Assembly (NCBI GenBank): GCA_965202665.1
Contig: OZ241841.1
Coordinates: 1,568,001-1,632,000 of the forward strand
DNA length: 64,000 nt
Origin: Candidatus Spongiisociaceae bacterium
Lineage (GTDB): Bacteria > Actinomycetota > Acidimicrobiia > Spongiisociales > Spongiisociaceae
Direction of reading: 5' to 3'
Position numbers and translations under genes: made by a program. Of this stretch, positions 39,475-48,900 are shown in pieces. The notes under the pieces are model-generated. The model did not search any database. It was not told the origin of the DNA and saw only the letters and a list, made by a program, of their open reading frames with translations. The first letter of the stretch is position 1, and the number at the start of each line of letters is the position of its first letter.

Positions 39475-40177
39475 GGTGGAGGGGGTGCGGGCGGTGGCCG
39501 CCGCCTTGGCCGCGGGCCGGGTTACCAGGTTGCTGATTGAACGGGGACGACGCGACTTGGAGGATTTGGCGGAGCGGGCCCGGGCCGCCGGAGCGGAGGT
39601 GTCGGTGGTTTCTTCGCTGGCCGGCCGGGCCCAGACCGCCGCTCCGCAGGGGGTGGCGGCCGACGCCCGCCCCATTCCCTGGGCGCGGCTGGACGACTTG
39701 TTGTCCGGCCGGGCCGCCTTGTTGGCGTTGGACCATTTGGAGGACCCCGGCAATGTGGGGGCGGCGGCCCGTTCCGCTTTGGCGGCCGGGATGACCGGTT
39801 TGGTGGTCCCGTCCCGCCGGGCCTCCCCGATTTCGGCGGTCGCTTTCAAAGCCGCGGCCGGGGCGTTGGAGACTTTGCCGGTGGCGTCGGTGTCGTCGGT
39901 GGCGGAGTCGGCGGCGGCCATGGGCCGGGCCGGGGTGTGGACGGTCGGTTTGGACGCCGGGGCGGAGCGCTCCCTGTTCGGTTTGGAAATACTCACCGAA
40001 CCGGTGGGAATTTTCGCCGGGGCGGAGGGCAAAGGTTTGGGCAGGCTGACCCTGCAACGTATGGATTTGGTGGTTTCCATCCCGGCCAACCCGGCTTTTT
40101 CCAGCCTCAACGCCGCTACTGCGGCGGCGGTGGCCTGTTTCGAACTGCGTCGCGCCCGTTTTTCCGCCCAGTTGTGA
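39449..40177 (+). CDS. rlmB: 23S rRNA Gm2251 methyltransferase (SpoU family)
   Basis: DPGNVGAAARS, GAEGKG, SLNAA; follows cysS. Confidence 0.88.
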   Translation: MAPAGIGARVEGVRAVAAALAAGRVTRLLIERGRRDLEDLAERARAAGAEVSVVSSLAGRAQTAAPQGVAADARPIPWARLDDLLSGRAALLALDHLEDPGNVGAAARSALAAGMTGLVVPSRRASPISAVAFKAAAGALETLPVASVSSVAESAAAMGRAGVWTVGLDAGAERSLFGLEILTEPVGIFAGAEGKGLGRLTLQRMDLVVSIPANPAFSSLNAATAAAVACFELRRARFSAQL

Positions 40178-40328
40178 AATCCGCTCCCGTTTGTCATCTA
40201 GGAGGGGCGCGCGAGCAAATGGTATAATGAATGAGAATGCCGGTCAGGCCCCGGAGGGGCGCCGGTCGGCGGCGGGCCTTTCGGGTTGAGGCGGAAACGG
40301 ACGGAGAAAAGAATAAACGGGAGGGCGG

Positions 40329-41582
40329 ATGCGACTCTTTGGGCGCCAGGTTTGGCTGGGGTTGTCGGCGGCGTTGTTGTTGGCGACGGCGGCCTGCGGA
40401 GAGGATCAGTTTGAGCCCGGTCCGTTGGGGGCGGTGGAGGTGGCGGAGGGGGAGCGGATACAGATACGTTCCCTGGAATGGTTCATCAACGGCGAGCCTT
40501 CCAAAATGGAGCGGGCCGCCCAGTTGGCTGTACAAGATTACGGGCCGATCAAAGGATATGAGGTGGATCTCGGGCGGGGCTTGGACGAAATGTGCACGGC
40601 GGAGGGCGGTTTGGCCGGGGCGCAAACCATCACCGCCGACCCGAAAGTGGCGGGGGTGATCGGAACTTCCTGCTCAGTGGCGGCTGCAGCGGCCATGCCG
40701 TTGATTTCCGATGCGGGGATGGTAATGATTTCCGGGAGCAATGATGCGCCCGGCTTGACATCTGATCTGGAAGGCAACCCGGGTGACCACTATCGCAAAG
40801 GTTATTACCGGGTTTCCCACAACGCATTGCACGCGTCGGAGACGGTGGCGGCTTTTTTGCGCAACGGTTTGGGTTTGGACCGGGCGGCGGTCATCTTTCA
40901 GGACGATGTGCTGATGAAGGCTTTAGCGCATGATTTTCGCCGATTTTTTGAGGTTTTCGGAGGGGAGGTGACCAGTTTCATTCAGATTAAACCGGACCGC
41001 GTCTCGCGGGAGGATTTGGATCCGGTTTTGGATGAAATAGTGGCCGGCGGCGCGCAGGCGGTGTTCATACCGGTGTTTTTCGCGCTGGGCCAGGCGGTGG
41101 TGGAAGCGGCGCATCATCACGAAGGCGCCACCGATATTCCGCTGGTCCTGCAAACTCTGAACCCCGCTTTCCGCGGACATGCCGAATCGGCGGGCGTTTA
41201 TTTCACCAACCCGGACCGGAACTTCGATGCCCATGTCAACGACCACACCGGCCGCAACGGCCATCAGGTGAAGGAAGAGTACGTGGAGGCTTACGGGGAT
41301 CCTTTCGATAATCGTTTTTGGCCCGGCGGATACGATGCGGCCACCATGCTGTTGGCGGCCATCGACGAAGTGGCGGTGGAGCGGGGCGGGTCGTTGTGGA
41401 TCGATCGCCAAGCTTTGCGGGATGCGTTGGACGCCGCCGATTTCAACGGCATCACCGGCTTGGTCAAATGCGATGAATTCGGGGATTGCGGCAGAGGCTT
41501 AATCGACATTCTCCACCACGAGAACCCGGACGATATTGAGGGCACCCATGACAAGGTCGTTTTCGAATTCACCCCCGAATGA
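40329..41582 (+). CDS. Branched-chain amino acid ABC-type substrate-binding lipoprotein (LivJ-like)
   Basis: Lipobox ATAAC; VIGTSCS; YDAA; FNGITG. Confidence 0.88.
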   Translation: MRLFGRQVWLGLSAALLLATAACGEDQFEPGPLGAVEVAEGERIQIRSLEWFINGEPSKMERAAQLAVQDYGPIKGYEVDLGRGLDEMCTAEGGLAGAQTITADPKVAGVIGTSCSVAAAAAMPLISDAGMVMISGSNDAPGLTSDLEGNPGDHYRKGYYRVSHNALHASETVAAFLRNGLGLDRAAVIFQDDVLMKALAHDFRRFFEVFGGEVTSFIQIKPDRVSREDLDPVLDEIVAGGAQAVFIPVFFALGQAVVEAAHHHEGATDIPLVLQTLNPAFRGHAESAGVYFTNPDRNFDAHVNDHTGRNGHQVKEEYVEAYGDPFDNRFWPGGYDAATMLLAAIDEVAVERGGSLWIDRQALRDALDAADFNGITGLVKCDEFGDCGRGLIDILHHENPDDIEGTHDKVVFEFTPE

Positions 41583-41619
41583 TCCGCGCCGACCGGCCGT
41601 TGTTTCGGCGGGGGCGGGC

Positions 41620-42873
41620 ATGAGTAAGGGTTTCAGGCTGGCGGTGGCCGCCTTGGCCCTGCTCGGGGCGGCCGCCTGCGGCGGGGAGTCTTTTCAGCCG
41701 GGGGAGTTGGGGGCGGTGCGGGTGGAGGCGGGCGATGACATCCAGATTCGCTCCATGCAGGCCATTTCCGGCGACTTCGCCGCCCTCGGCCTCACCAATC
41801 AGCGGGGGATGGAGTTGGGGGTGCGGGATTACGGCCCGATTATGGGCCGCTCCGTCAACATCGGCCCCGGCTTGGACAGCTTGTGCTCGCCGGACGGGGG
41901 GCAGGCGGCCGCCCAGCAGGTGGTGGCCGAACCGCAGGTAGCGGGGGTGATCGGCACTTCCTGTTCCAGCGCCGCCACCGCCGCCTCGCCCCTCATTTCG
42001 GCGGCCGGGCTGGTGATGATCGCCTCCTCCAACACTTCGCCCGCCCTCACTTCGGATCTGGCGGGCTCTCCCGGTTCGGCTTGGAACAAGGGCTACTATC
42101 GGACTTCCCACAACGACCTGCACCAGGGCCGGGCGGTGGCCGACTTCGTCAAAAACCAGCTGGGTTTGACGACGGCGGCGGTCATCCACGACGGCGACAC
42201 CTACACCCAGGGGCTGGCTTCGGCTTTCGCCGACTCTTTCACCGCTTTGGGGGGCGAAGTGACGATTAAGACCGGCATCAACAAGGGCGACGCCGATATG
42301 ACCCCGGTGCTGACCGAAGTGGCCGCCACCCGTCCGCAGGCCCTGTTCATTCCCATTTTTCCGCCGGAGGGCGGGTTCATAGCCCAGCAGATGGGGGGCG
42401 TAGCCGGTTTGGAAGAAACGGTTCTCATCGGGTCGGCGGCCCTGTTGGTGGACAACCACATGGAAATTCCGGAGACGGAGGGAATGTACCTGGCCGGCCC
42501 GGACCTGCGTTTCGAGGCCAACCGCAATCAGGTGACCGGCCGGACCGCCGTGGGTTTGCTGGAGGCCTACCAGGCTGAATTCGGCGAGCCGCCCCCCGGC
42601 CCCTACTGGGCTCATTCCTACGACGCCGCGGTGATGTTGCTGTCCGCCATCGAGTCGGCGGCGGTGGAAAGGGACGGATCGTTGTGGATCGACCGGGCGG
42701 CGGTGCGGGATGCTTTGGACGCCGCCGATTTTGAAGGCGTGACGGGCCGCGTCTCCTGCGATGAGTTCGGGGACTGCGGGGTGGGCACGATCGCCGTCAT
42801 CCTCCACTCCGACTCCGCCGATTTGGAGGCCAGTCGCAACAACGTGGTGTTCTCCTACGCCCCGGAGCGCTAA
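41620..42873 (+). CDS. Second LivJ-like substrate-binding lipoprotein
   Basis: Lipobox GAAAC; VIGTSCS; HDGDTYTQGLA; paralogue of the previous gene. Confidence 0.9.
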   Translation: MSKGFRLAVAALALLGAAACGGESFQPGELGAVRVEAGDDIQIRSMQAISGDFAALGLTNQRGMELGVRDYGPIMGRSVNIGPGLDSLCSPDGGQAAAQQVVAEPQVAGVIGTSCSSAATAASPLISAAGLVMIASSNTSPALTSDLAGSPGSAWNKGYYRTSHNDLHQGRAVADFVKNQLGLTTAAVIHDGDTYTQGLASAFADSFTALGGEVTIKTGINKGDADMTPVLTEVAATRPQALFIPIFPPEGGFIAQQMGGVAGLEETVLIGSAALLVDNHMEIPETEGMYLAGPDLRFEANRNQVTGRTAVGLLEAYQAEFGEPPPGPYWAHSYDAAVMLLSAIESAAVERDGSLWIDRAAVRDALDAADFEGVTGRVSCDEFGDCGVGTIAVILHSDSADLEASRNNVVFSYAPER

Positions 42874-42922
42874 CCGGGCGGGGAGGCGGGCGGCGGGCCG
42901 GGGGGCGGGCGATAATGGGGCT

Positions 42923-43264
42923 ATGGGCAGGAGAAAGAAAGAACCCGAAATTTCGTTTCCGCGTTTCCAAGTGTTCGCCTTCGGGAGCGAGGTGGAACTT
43001 TTGGAGGCCTTCGGCAGTTTGGAGCGGGCGGAGGCCGAATGGCGGGCGGTGCGGGACCGGTTTTTGGAAGGGTGGAACTTGTGGGGGATGCCCGCCGCCT
43101 GGTGGCGCTTCGAGCCGGGGGTGCCCGATGATATCCGCTCCGGCCCGCACGCCATCATCACCGCCCGGGACATGGCGGAATGGGAGCGGATCGAAGCCGC
43201 CCGGCGCCGCTTCCTGGCCGAACGGGGATTGGACGCCGCCCTGCCCCCTTCCCCCTCGGAGTAG
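42923..43264 (+). CDS. Hypothetical protein (113 aa)
   Basis: Host-like codon usage; Trp-rich; ends before a hairpin. Confidence 0.65.
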   Translation: MGRRKKEPEISFPRFQVFAFGSEVELLEAFGSLERAEAEWRAVRDRFLEGWNLWGMPAAWWRFEPGVPDDIRSGPHAIITARDMAEWERIEAARRRFLAERGLDAALPPSPSE

Positions 43265-43281
43265 GCCCGCCCCCGGATAAA

Positions 43282-43311
43282 CCAGAGCCCCCGCGGGCGC
43301 GGGGGCTCTGG
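43282..43311. terminator. Hairpin between convergent genes
   Basis: CCAGAGCCCCCGCG-GG-CGCGGGGGCTCTGG. Confidence 0.75.
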
Positions 43312-43330
43312 CGGGCGGAGGGAGGAGAAG

Positions 43331-44302
43331 TTAGTTGGACATGTCGCTCCCCCTTTCGGCCTGTTCCATCCGGTTTATCAGGTTGGCGATGTCATCGGCT
43401 TGGGTTTGGGTGATGACTCCGTCGGCTACGGCTGCGGTGAGCAGGTCGGCCGGGTCGTCGTAGTCGTCCAGGTCGGGGCCCTGGGTTTTCATCCAGGTGA
43501 CGATGGCCGGAATCTGCTCCCGGTCGATCACCCCTTCCGAGGCCAAATCTTCCAGCAGGACGTTCAAAACGTCCTCTTCGGTCGGGCACTCGTCCGCCTC
43601 GTCCATCTGCTTCATCTGTTCGATGAGGGCGGTGATGTCGTCGGCTTGGGTTTGGGTGATGACTCCGTCGGTTACGGCTGCGGTGAGCAGGTCGGCCGGG
43701 TTGTCGTAGTCTTTCAGGTCGGGGCCCTGGGTTTTCATCCAGCTGATGATGGCCGGGATTTGGTCCTGGTTGATTACGCCTTCGGCGGCCAGCTCGGCGA
43801 GCATCCCGTTGACTTCATCCTCCTCGGAGCCGTGTTCTTCGCCTTCCATCTCTTTCCATTGGTTGATCAGGTTGGTGATGTCGTCGGCTTGGGTTTGGGT
43901 GATGACTCCGTCGGTTACGGCTGCGGTGAGCAGGTCGGCCGGGTTGTCGTAGTCTTTCAGGTCGGGGCCCTGGGTTTTCATCCAGCTGATGATGGCCGGG
44001 ATTTGGTCCTGGTTGATTACGCCTTCGGCGGCCAGCTCGGCGAGCAACAGCTCTTCGCCGTCCTCCGGTTCGCACCATCCGTCCTCGTCCTCATCATCGA
44101 CGGCTCCGGCGTCTTCGGGCGTCCCTTCGTCCCCGTCCTCCGAGGCGTCCCCATCCGGGGCGGTCCCCGGGACGGCGGGCTGCTCGGCGGCCGCCGCGGT
44201 CTGCGGAGGGGCCTCCGAGCCGCCGTCTTGGGCGACGGCCACCACCGCCAGGAGGGCGATGGCGGTCAGCAGGCCGACCACCATGGTCAGTATCTTTTTC
44301 AT
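43331..44302 (-). CDS. Secreted acidic protein with three ~81-aa tandem repeats
   Basis: Signal peptide MKKILTMVVG...AVAQ; LAAEGVINQDQIPAIISWMKTQGPD...AVTDGVITQTQADDI repeated three times. Confidence 0.85.
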   Translation of the reverse strand: MKKILTMVVGLLTAIALLAVVAVAQDGGSEAPPQTAAAAEQPAVPGTAPDGDASEDGDEGTPEDAGAVDDEDEDGWCEPEDGEELLLAELAAEGVINQDQIPAIISWMKTQGPDLKDYDNPADLLTAAVTDGVITQTQADDITNLINQWKEMEGEEHGSEEDEVNGMLAELAAEGVINQDQIPAIISWMKTQGPDLKDYDNPADLLTAAVTDGVITQTQADDITALIEQMKQMDEADECPTEEDVLNVLLEDLASEGVIDREQIPAIVTWMKTQGPDLDDYDDPADLLTAAVADGVITQTQADDIANLINRMEQAERGSDMSN

Positions 44303-44498
44303 GGTCTTTCCTTTCCTGTCGGATGCGACCCGGTTTTCGGATCGCACGATCTGTTTGATCGTGCGCCCAGCATCCGCCCCCCACATTGGAAAAACCTGAA
44401 AACGGATTAAACAACAGATGAGAAAAAAAGGGGGGCTTCGGGCGGCGCGATCCGGCTGGGCGAACGGGCTAATCGGAAGAAGCGTCTATAATGGGGGG

Positions 44499-45341
44499 AT
44501 GTTTAGAAACTCCATCGCTTTGGCCAAGTCGTCCTGGCAGGTTCTGAAAGCCGACAAGGAACTGATGCTGTTGCCGGTTATTTCCGGTTTGGCTTCTTTG
44601 GCGGTTATGGCCCTGTTCATCGTTCCCCTGTTCGTCACCTCGTTGCCCAATGACGGGCTGAGCGCGGTCGGCTACGTTCTGCTGTTCGCGATGTATTTCG
44701 TGCTGGCCTACATCACCATTTTTTTCAACGCCGCCCTGATCAGCGCCGCCCACGAACGGCTGGAAGGCGGCGACCCGACGGTGGGCAGCGCCCTGCGGGG
44801 GGCGGCCCGGCGGGCGGGCAAGATCCTGCCTTGGGCTTTGGTGACCGCCACCGTGTCCATTATTCTGCGCGCCATTGAGGAACGGGTGGGCTTCATCGGC
44901 CAGATAGTTGTTTCCATAATCGGCTTGGCGTGGGCGGTGGTGACTTTCCTGGTGTTGCCCGCCATCGTAATTGAGGGCGTGGGGGTGAGGGACGCTTTCC
45001 GCAAGTCCACCGGCCTGTTGCGCAACACATGGGGGGAGAACCTGGCGGGCCAGGCCGGGTTGGGCCTGCTCGGTTTCCTGCTGATTCTGCCCGGGGTGGC
45101 GGTGGGCGTGCTGGCCGCGCTGGCCGGAGGCGTAGTGATGGTGGCGGGCATAGCGGCAGCGGGCGTCTGGATGGCGTTGGTGGCGGTGACGATGGCCGCC
45201 CTGTCCGGCATCTACCAAACCGCCCTCTACCACTACGCGGTGGACGGCCAAGTCCCCTCCAATTACTTCGACAACAACGTAATGCAAGCCGCCTTCCGCC
45301 CCCGCCGGGGCCTAAGAGGCCCCTCCGGCATAGCCGGCTAA
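44499..45341 (+). CDS. Conserved membrane protein (DUF6159-like)
   Basis: KSSWQVLKADKELM...FFNAAL...RNTWGE; ~6 TM segments. Confidence 0.8.
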   Translation: MFRNSIALAKSSWQVLKADKELMLLPVISGLASLAVMALFIVPLFVTSLPNDGLSAVGYVLLFAMYFVLAYITIFFNAALISAAHERLEGGDPTVGSALRGAARRAGKILPWALVTATVSIILRAIEERVGFIGQIVVSIIGLAWAVVTFLVLPAIVIEGVGVRDAFRKSTGLLRNTWGENLAGQAGLGLLGFLLILPGVAVGVLAALAGGVVMVAGIAAAGVWMALVAVTMAALSGIYQTALYHYAVDGQVPSNYFDNNVMQAAFRPRRGLRGPSGIAG

Positions 45342-45360
45342 CCCCTTCCCGGCCCCAGTT

Positions 45361-45440
45361 CCTCGTTGAGCGCGTAGAACTGAAAACCCGCCGGTCGAAT
45401 ATGCGCCGCAATGAGGGAGGAGCGCTGGCACCCCTAGTTG
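45361..45440 (-). CRISPR. Detached degenerate repeat-spacer unit at the array trailer
   Basis: Repeat 45405-45440 has 4 mismatches to consensus; 36-nt spacer 45369-45404; 8-nt repeat remnant CCTCGTTG ends at 45368. Confidence 0.8.
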
Positions 45441-45666
45441 GAGGTTCCGCGGGTGGTCGGGTTGTAACATTTTCTGGTCGGATTTTGGCTGGGGGTGGTG
45501 GCGTGGCTGATGTCCGCCCGGCTACCGGGTGGAGCCATTCGGGAGCCTCATTACGGATGGAGAACACGATGACAGGTCACGTAACCGTCCTTGTGGTATC
45601 CCTGGACAGGTTAGATGTACTTGGCCAGGACGTTGGTGACGGTTGACACGGCCGGGGTTGCCCCCC

Positions 45667-45837
45667 TCACCCCTTCTCCGGAGGTGGAGGTGGAGGTTGC
45701 TCCTTGTCGGGACCCAAGTTCGGGGTGGGAACTTGGGTGGGCGTCTCCGTCTGCTTCATGCTCTCGTCGGGGCCGAGCGTCGGGCGGGGCACCTGGGTGG
45801 GCGTCTCAGTGAACTCTACTTTGATGTTGTCGTCCAT
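45667..45837 (-). CDS. 56-aa Pro/Thr-rich small protein with internal repeat (below the ORF-track cut-off)
   Basis: AAAGGAGGA SD then MDDNIKVEFTETPTQVPRPTLGPDESMKQTETPTQVPTPNLGPDKEQPPPPPPEKG*; TAGCCT -10-like box upstream. Confidence 0.7.
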   Translation of the reverse strand: MDDNIKVEFTETPTQVPRPTLGPDESMKQTETPTQVPTPNLGPDKEQPPPPPPEKG

Positions 45838-45944
45838 CGTTCCTCCTTTGGTCGGTCGGCCGGGATTAGGCTAGCGCGGCCAGCAGGACACCCTTCGCCC
45901 CTCGTTGCGGGACAGGCGGGCGGAGCGGGAAAGGGCGAGGCGCT

Positions 45945-48900
45945 GCCGCAATGAGGGAGGGGCGCCGGCGCCCCTCGTTGGGATGTTCCCGCATCCCGGC
46001 TACCCGATAGCCGACCGCCGCAATGAGGGAGGGGCGCCGGCGCCCCTCGTTGGGTGGCCGTTACCCCCAGGGTATACGACCATCTAGACGCCGCAATGAG
46101 GGAGGGGCGCCGGCGCCCCTCGTTGGGCGCGGCGGTGCCCGCACCCGTCGCACCGCTCCCAGCCGCAATGAGGGAGGGGCGCCGGCGCCCCTCGTTGCTA
46201 CAGGGGCATTATGTATGAGGCCTTTGTAGTCAAGCCGCAATGAGGGAGGGGCGCCGGCGCCCCTCGTTGTGGTCTGTCAGGTAAGGAACTTCAGGCCTGG
46301 TGGCTGCCGCAATGAGGGAGGGGCGCCGGCGCCCCTCGTTGGGAACGCTGTTTCTTCCGCCCCCGCGGACGACCAGGCCGCAATGAGGGAGGGGCGCCGG
46401 CGCCCCTCGTTGCGTTGCGGGCCCGGCGGCCAACGGCGGCGGAACCGGCGCCGCAATGAGGGAGGGGCGCCGGCGCCCCTCGTTGCACCCGCATAAAAAA
46501 CGCCATCACCGACGGCATATTCACCGCAATGAGGGAGGGGCGCCGGCGCCCCTCGTTGATACTTTGAAAGGGGGACTTCCAGGTCGTTGCCCTCCAGACC
46601 GCAATGAGGGAGGGGCGCCGGCGCCCCTCGTTGCAGCACCAGCGGGCTCACCGTCGCGTCCACGGGCTGACCGCAATGAGGGAGGGGCGCCGGCGCCCCT
46701 CGTTGTTTGCGGACGGCGACCGCTACTACGGCGCTACCGGACACCGCAATGAGGGAGGGGCGCCGGCGCCCCTCGTTGGCGCAGGCCGTGTTTGCTTTGA
46801 AAGGACAGACTATGACCGCAATGAGGGAGGGGCGCCGGCGCCCCTCGTTGTTGTGTGGTGGCCGGAGTGCTGGCCGCCTTCTTCGGACCGCAATGAGGGA
46901 GGGGCGCCGGCGCCCCTCGTTGGGCCAGGCCGTTCTCGTTGATGAACTGCCAGTTCAAACCGCAATGAGGGAGGGGCGCCGGCGCCCCTCGTTGTCCCCT
47001 TCGGACAAACAAACCTAGACCCCGAATACATACCGCAATGAGGGAGGGGCGCCGGCGCCCCTCGTTGGGCGCTCCGTCCCCTCCAGTCCTCGTCGGCGTC
47101 GAGCACCGCAATGAGGGAGGGGCGCCGGCGCCCCTCGTTGGTGAATGTGGTGCCTCCACCTGCCAGCCACTGCCTACCGCAATGAGGGAGGGGCGCCGGC
47201 GCCCCTCGTTGGGACGGACAGCGGACATCATCCTTGAAACCGAATGCACCGCAATGAGGGAGGGGCGCCGGCGCCCCTCGTTGCGACTTCAGGGTTCGGT
47301 TCTCCCATCGCGGTCAAACCACCGCAATGAGGGAGGGGCGCCGGCGCCCCTCGTTGGACGGGAACTCTCGTAGGACATTCCTTTCAGGAACCCACCGCAA
47401 TGAGGGAGGGGCGCCGGCGCCCCTCGTTGCCAGGACGAAGACGGAGACGGGGAAACCCCCACTCCGGACCGCAATGAGGGAGGGGCGCCGGCGCCCCTCG
47501 TTGCTATGCCGTTTGCTTCCCAGCCTGCCGTCGACAGCACCGCAATGAGGGAGGGGCGCCAGCGCCCCTCGTTGGCGGCCAGCCTCCGCTATCGCCAACA
47601 CGCACTACCACCGCAATGAGGGAGGGGCGCCAGCGCCCCTCGTTGCTCGCCGCCCCGATGCTGGTCAAACGGCGCCTTGCCACCGCAATGAGGGAGGGGC
47701 GCCAGCGCCCCTCGTTGCGGAGGACGGCCGTTCTTTGTCCGTCCGCCGGGACGACCGCAATGAGGGAGGGGCGCCAGCGCCCCTCGTTGGAGCAGACTGG
47801 CCTGCTGGTCTGGTGCCTGTCAGCAGACCGCAATGAGGGAGGGGCGCCAGCGCCCCTCGTTGTGAAAAAACATCAGCAATGACCGCCTTGTTCGACGGGA
47901 CCGCAATGAGGGAGGGGCGCCAGCGCCCCTCGTTGCCCGCAGTCGGCTTCCGGAGTGTTGGCGTAGAACGCACCGCAATGAGGGAGGGGCGCCAGCGCCC
48001 CTCGTTGAAAGAGGCCGCCAGGTTGCCCGTGTTTGCCGTGGTGACCGCAATGAGGGAGGGGCGCCAGCGCCCCTCGTTGGCCCGCCTCCGAACATACGGG
48101 CGGTGCGACCGCGCGCACCGCAATGAGGGAGGGGCGCCAGCGCCCCTCGTTGCGCTACGAGGACAGCCGGGGACGGCGGGGAGCACCCGACCGCAATGAG
48201 GGAGGGGCGCCAGCGCCCCTCGTTGGGGGGTGAGGGTGCCGACCATCGGCGACTCGGCGGAACCGCAATGAGGGAGGGGCGCCAGCGCCCCTCGTTGCGC
48301 TCCGGCCACCGCAGTCCCGCCGCCGTATGAGGGAACCGCAATGAGGGAGGGGCGCCAGCGCCCCTCGTTGGAACAAGGCCGGAGAACGATCCGCCACCGT
48401 ACAGCAAACCGCAATGAGGGAGGGGCGCCAGCGCCCCTCGTTGGGCGGTACCGCAGGGCACCTTCGCGTTACGAACCGAAACCGCAATGAGGGAGGGGCG
48501 CCAGCGCCCCTCGTTGGGGCTGATGCGAGGAGCCGCCCGCCTATGGAAATGCACCGCAATGAGGGAGGGGCGCCAGCGCCCCTCGTTGCCCTCTACCAGA
48601 TCCGCCGCCAAAACCTCCAAGACACCGCAATGAGGGAGGGGCGCCAGCGCCCCTCGTTGTCGCCAACCCCGAGGAAGAACGAGACGAACGATTCCACCGC
48701 AATGAGGGAGGGGCGCCAGCGCCCCTCGTTGCGCATATCGGATGCGACGACGATGCGGCCCATGCTCACCGCAATGAGGGAGGGGCGCCAGCGCCCCTCG
48801 TTGCCCCGACCTGATCGTATTGTCGCTGGGCGGCGGTGTTACCGCAATGAGGGAGGGGCGCCAGCGCCCCTCGTTGAGGCTGCCCGGCGGGTGGCGCACC

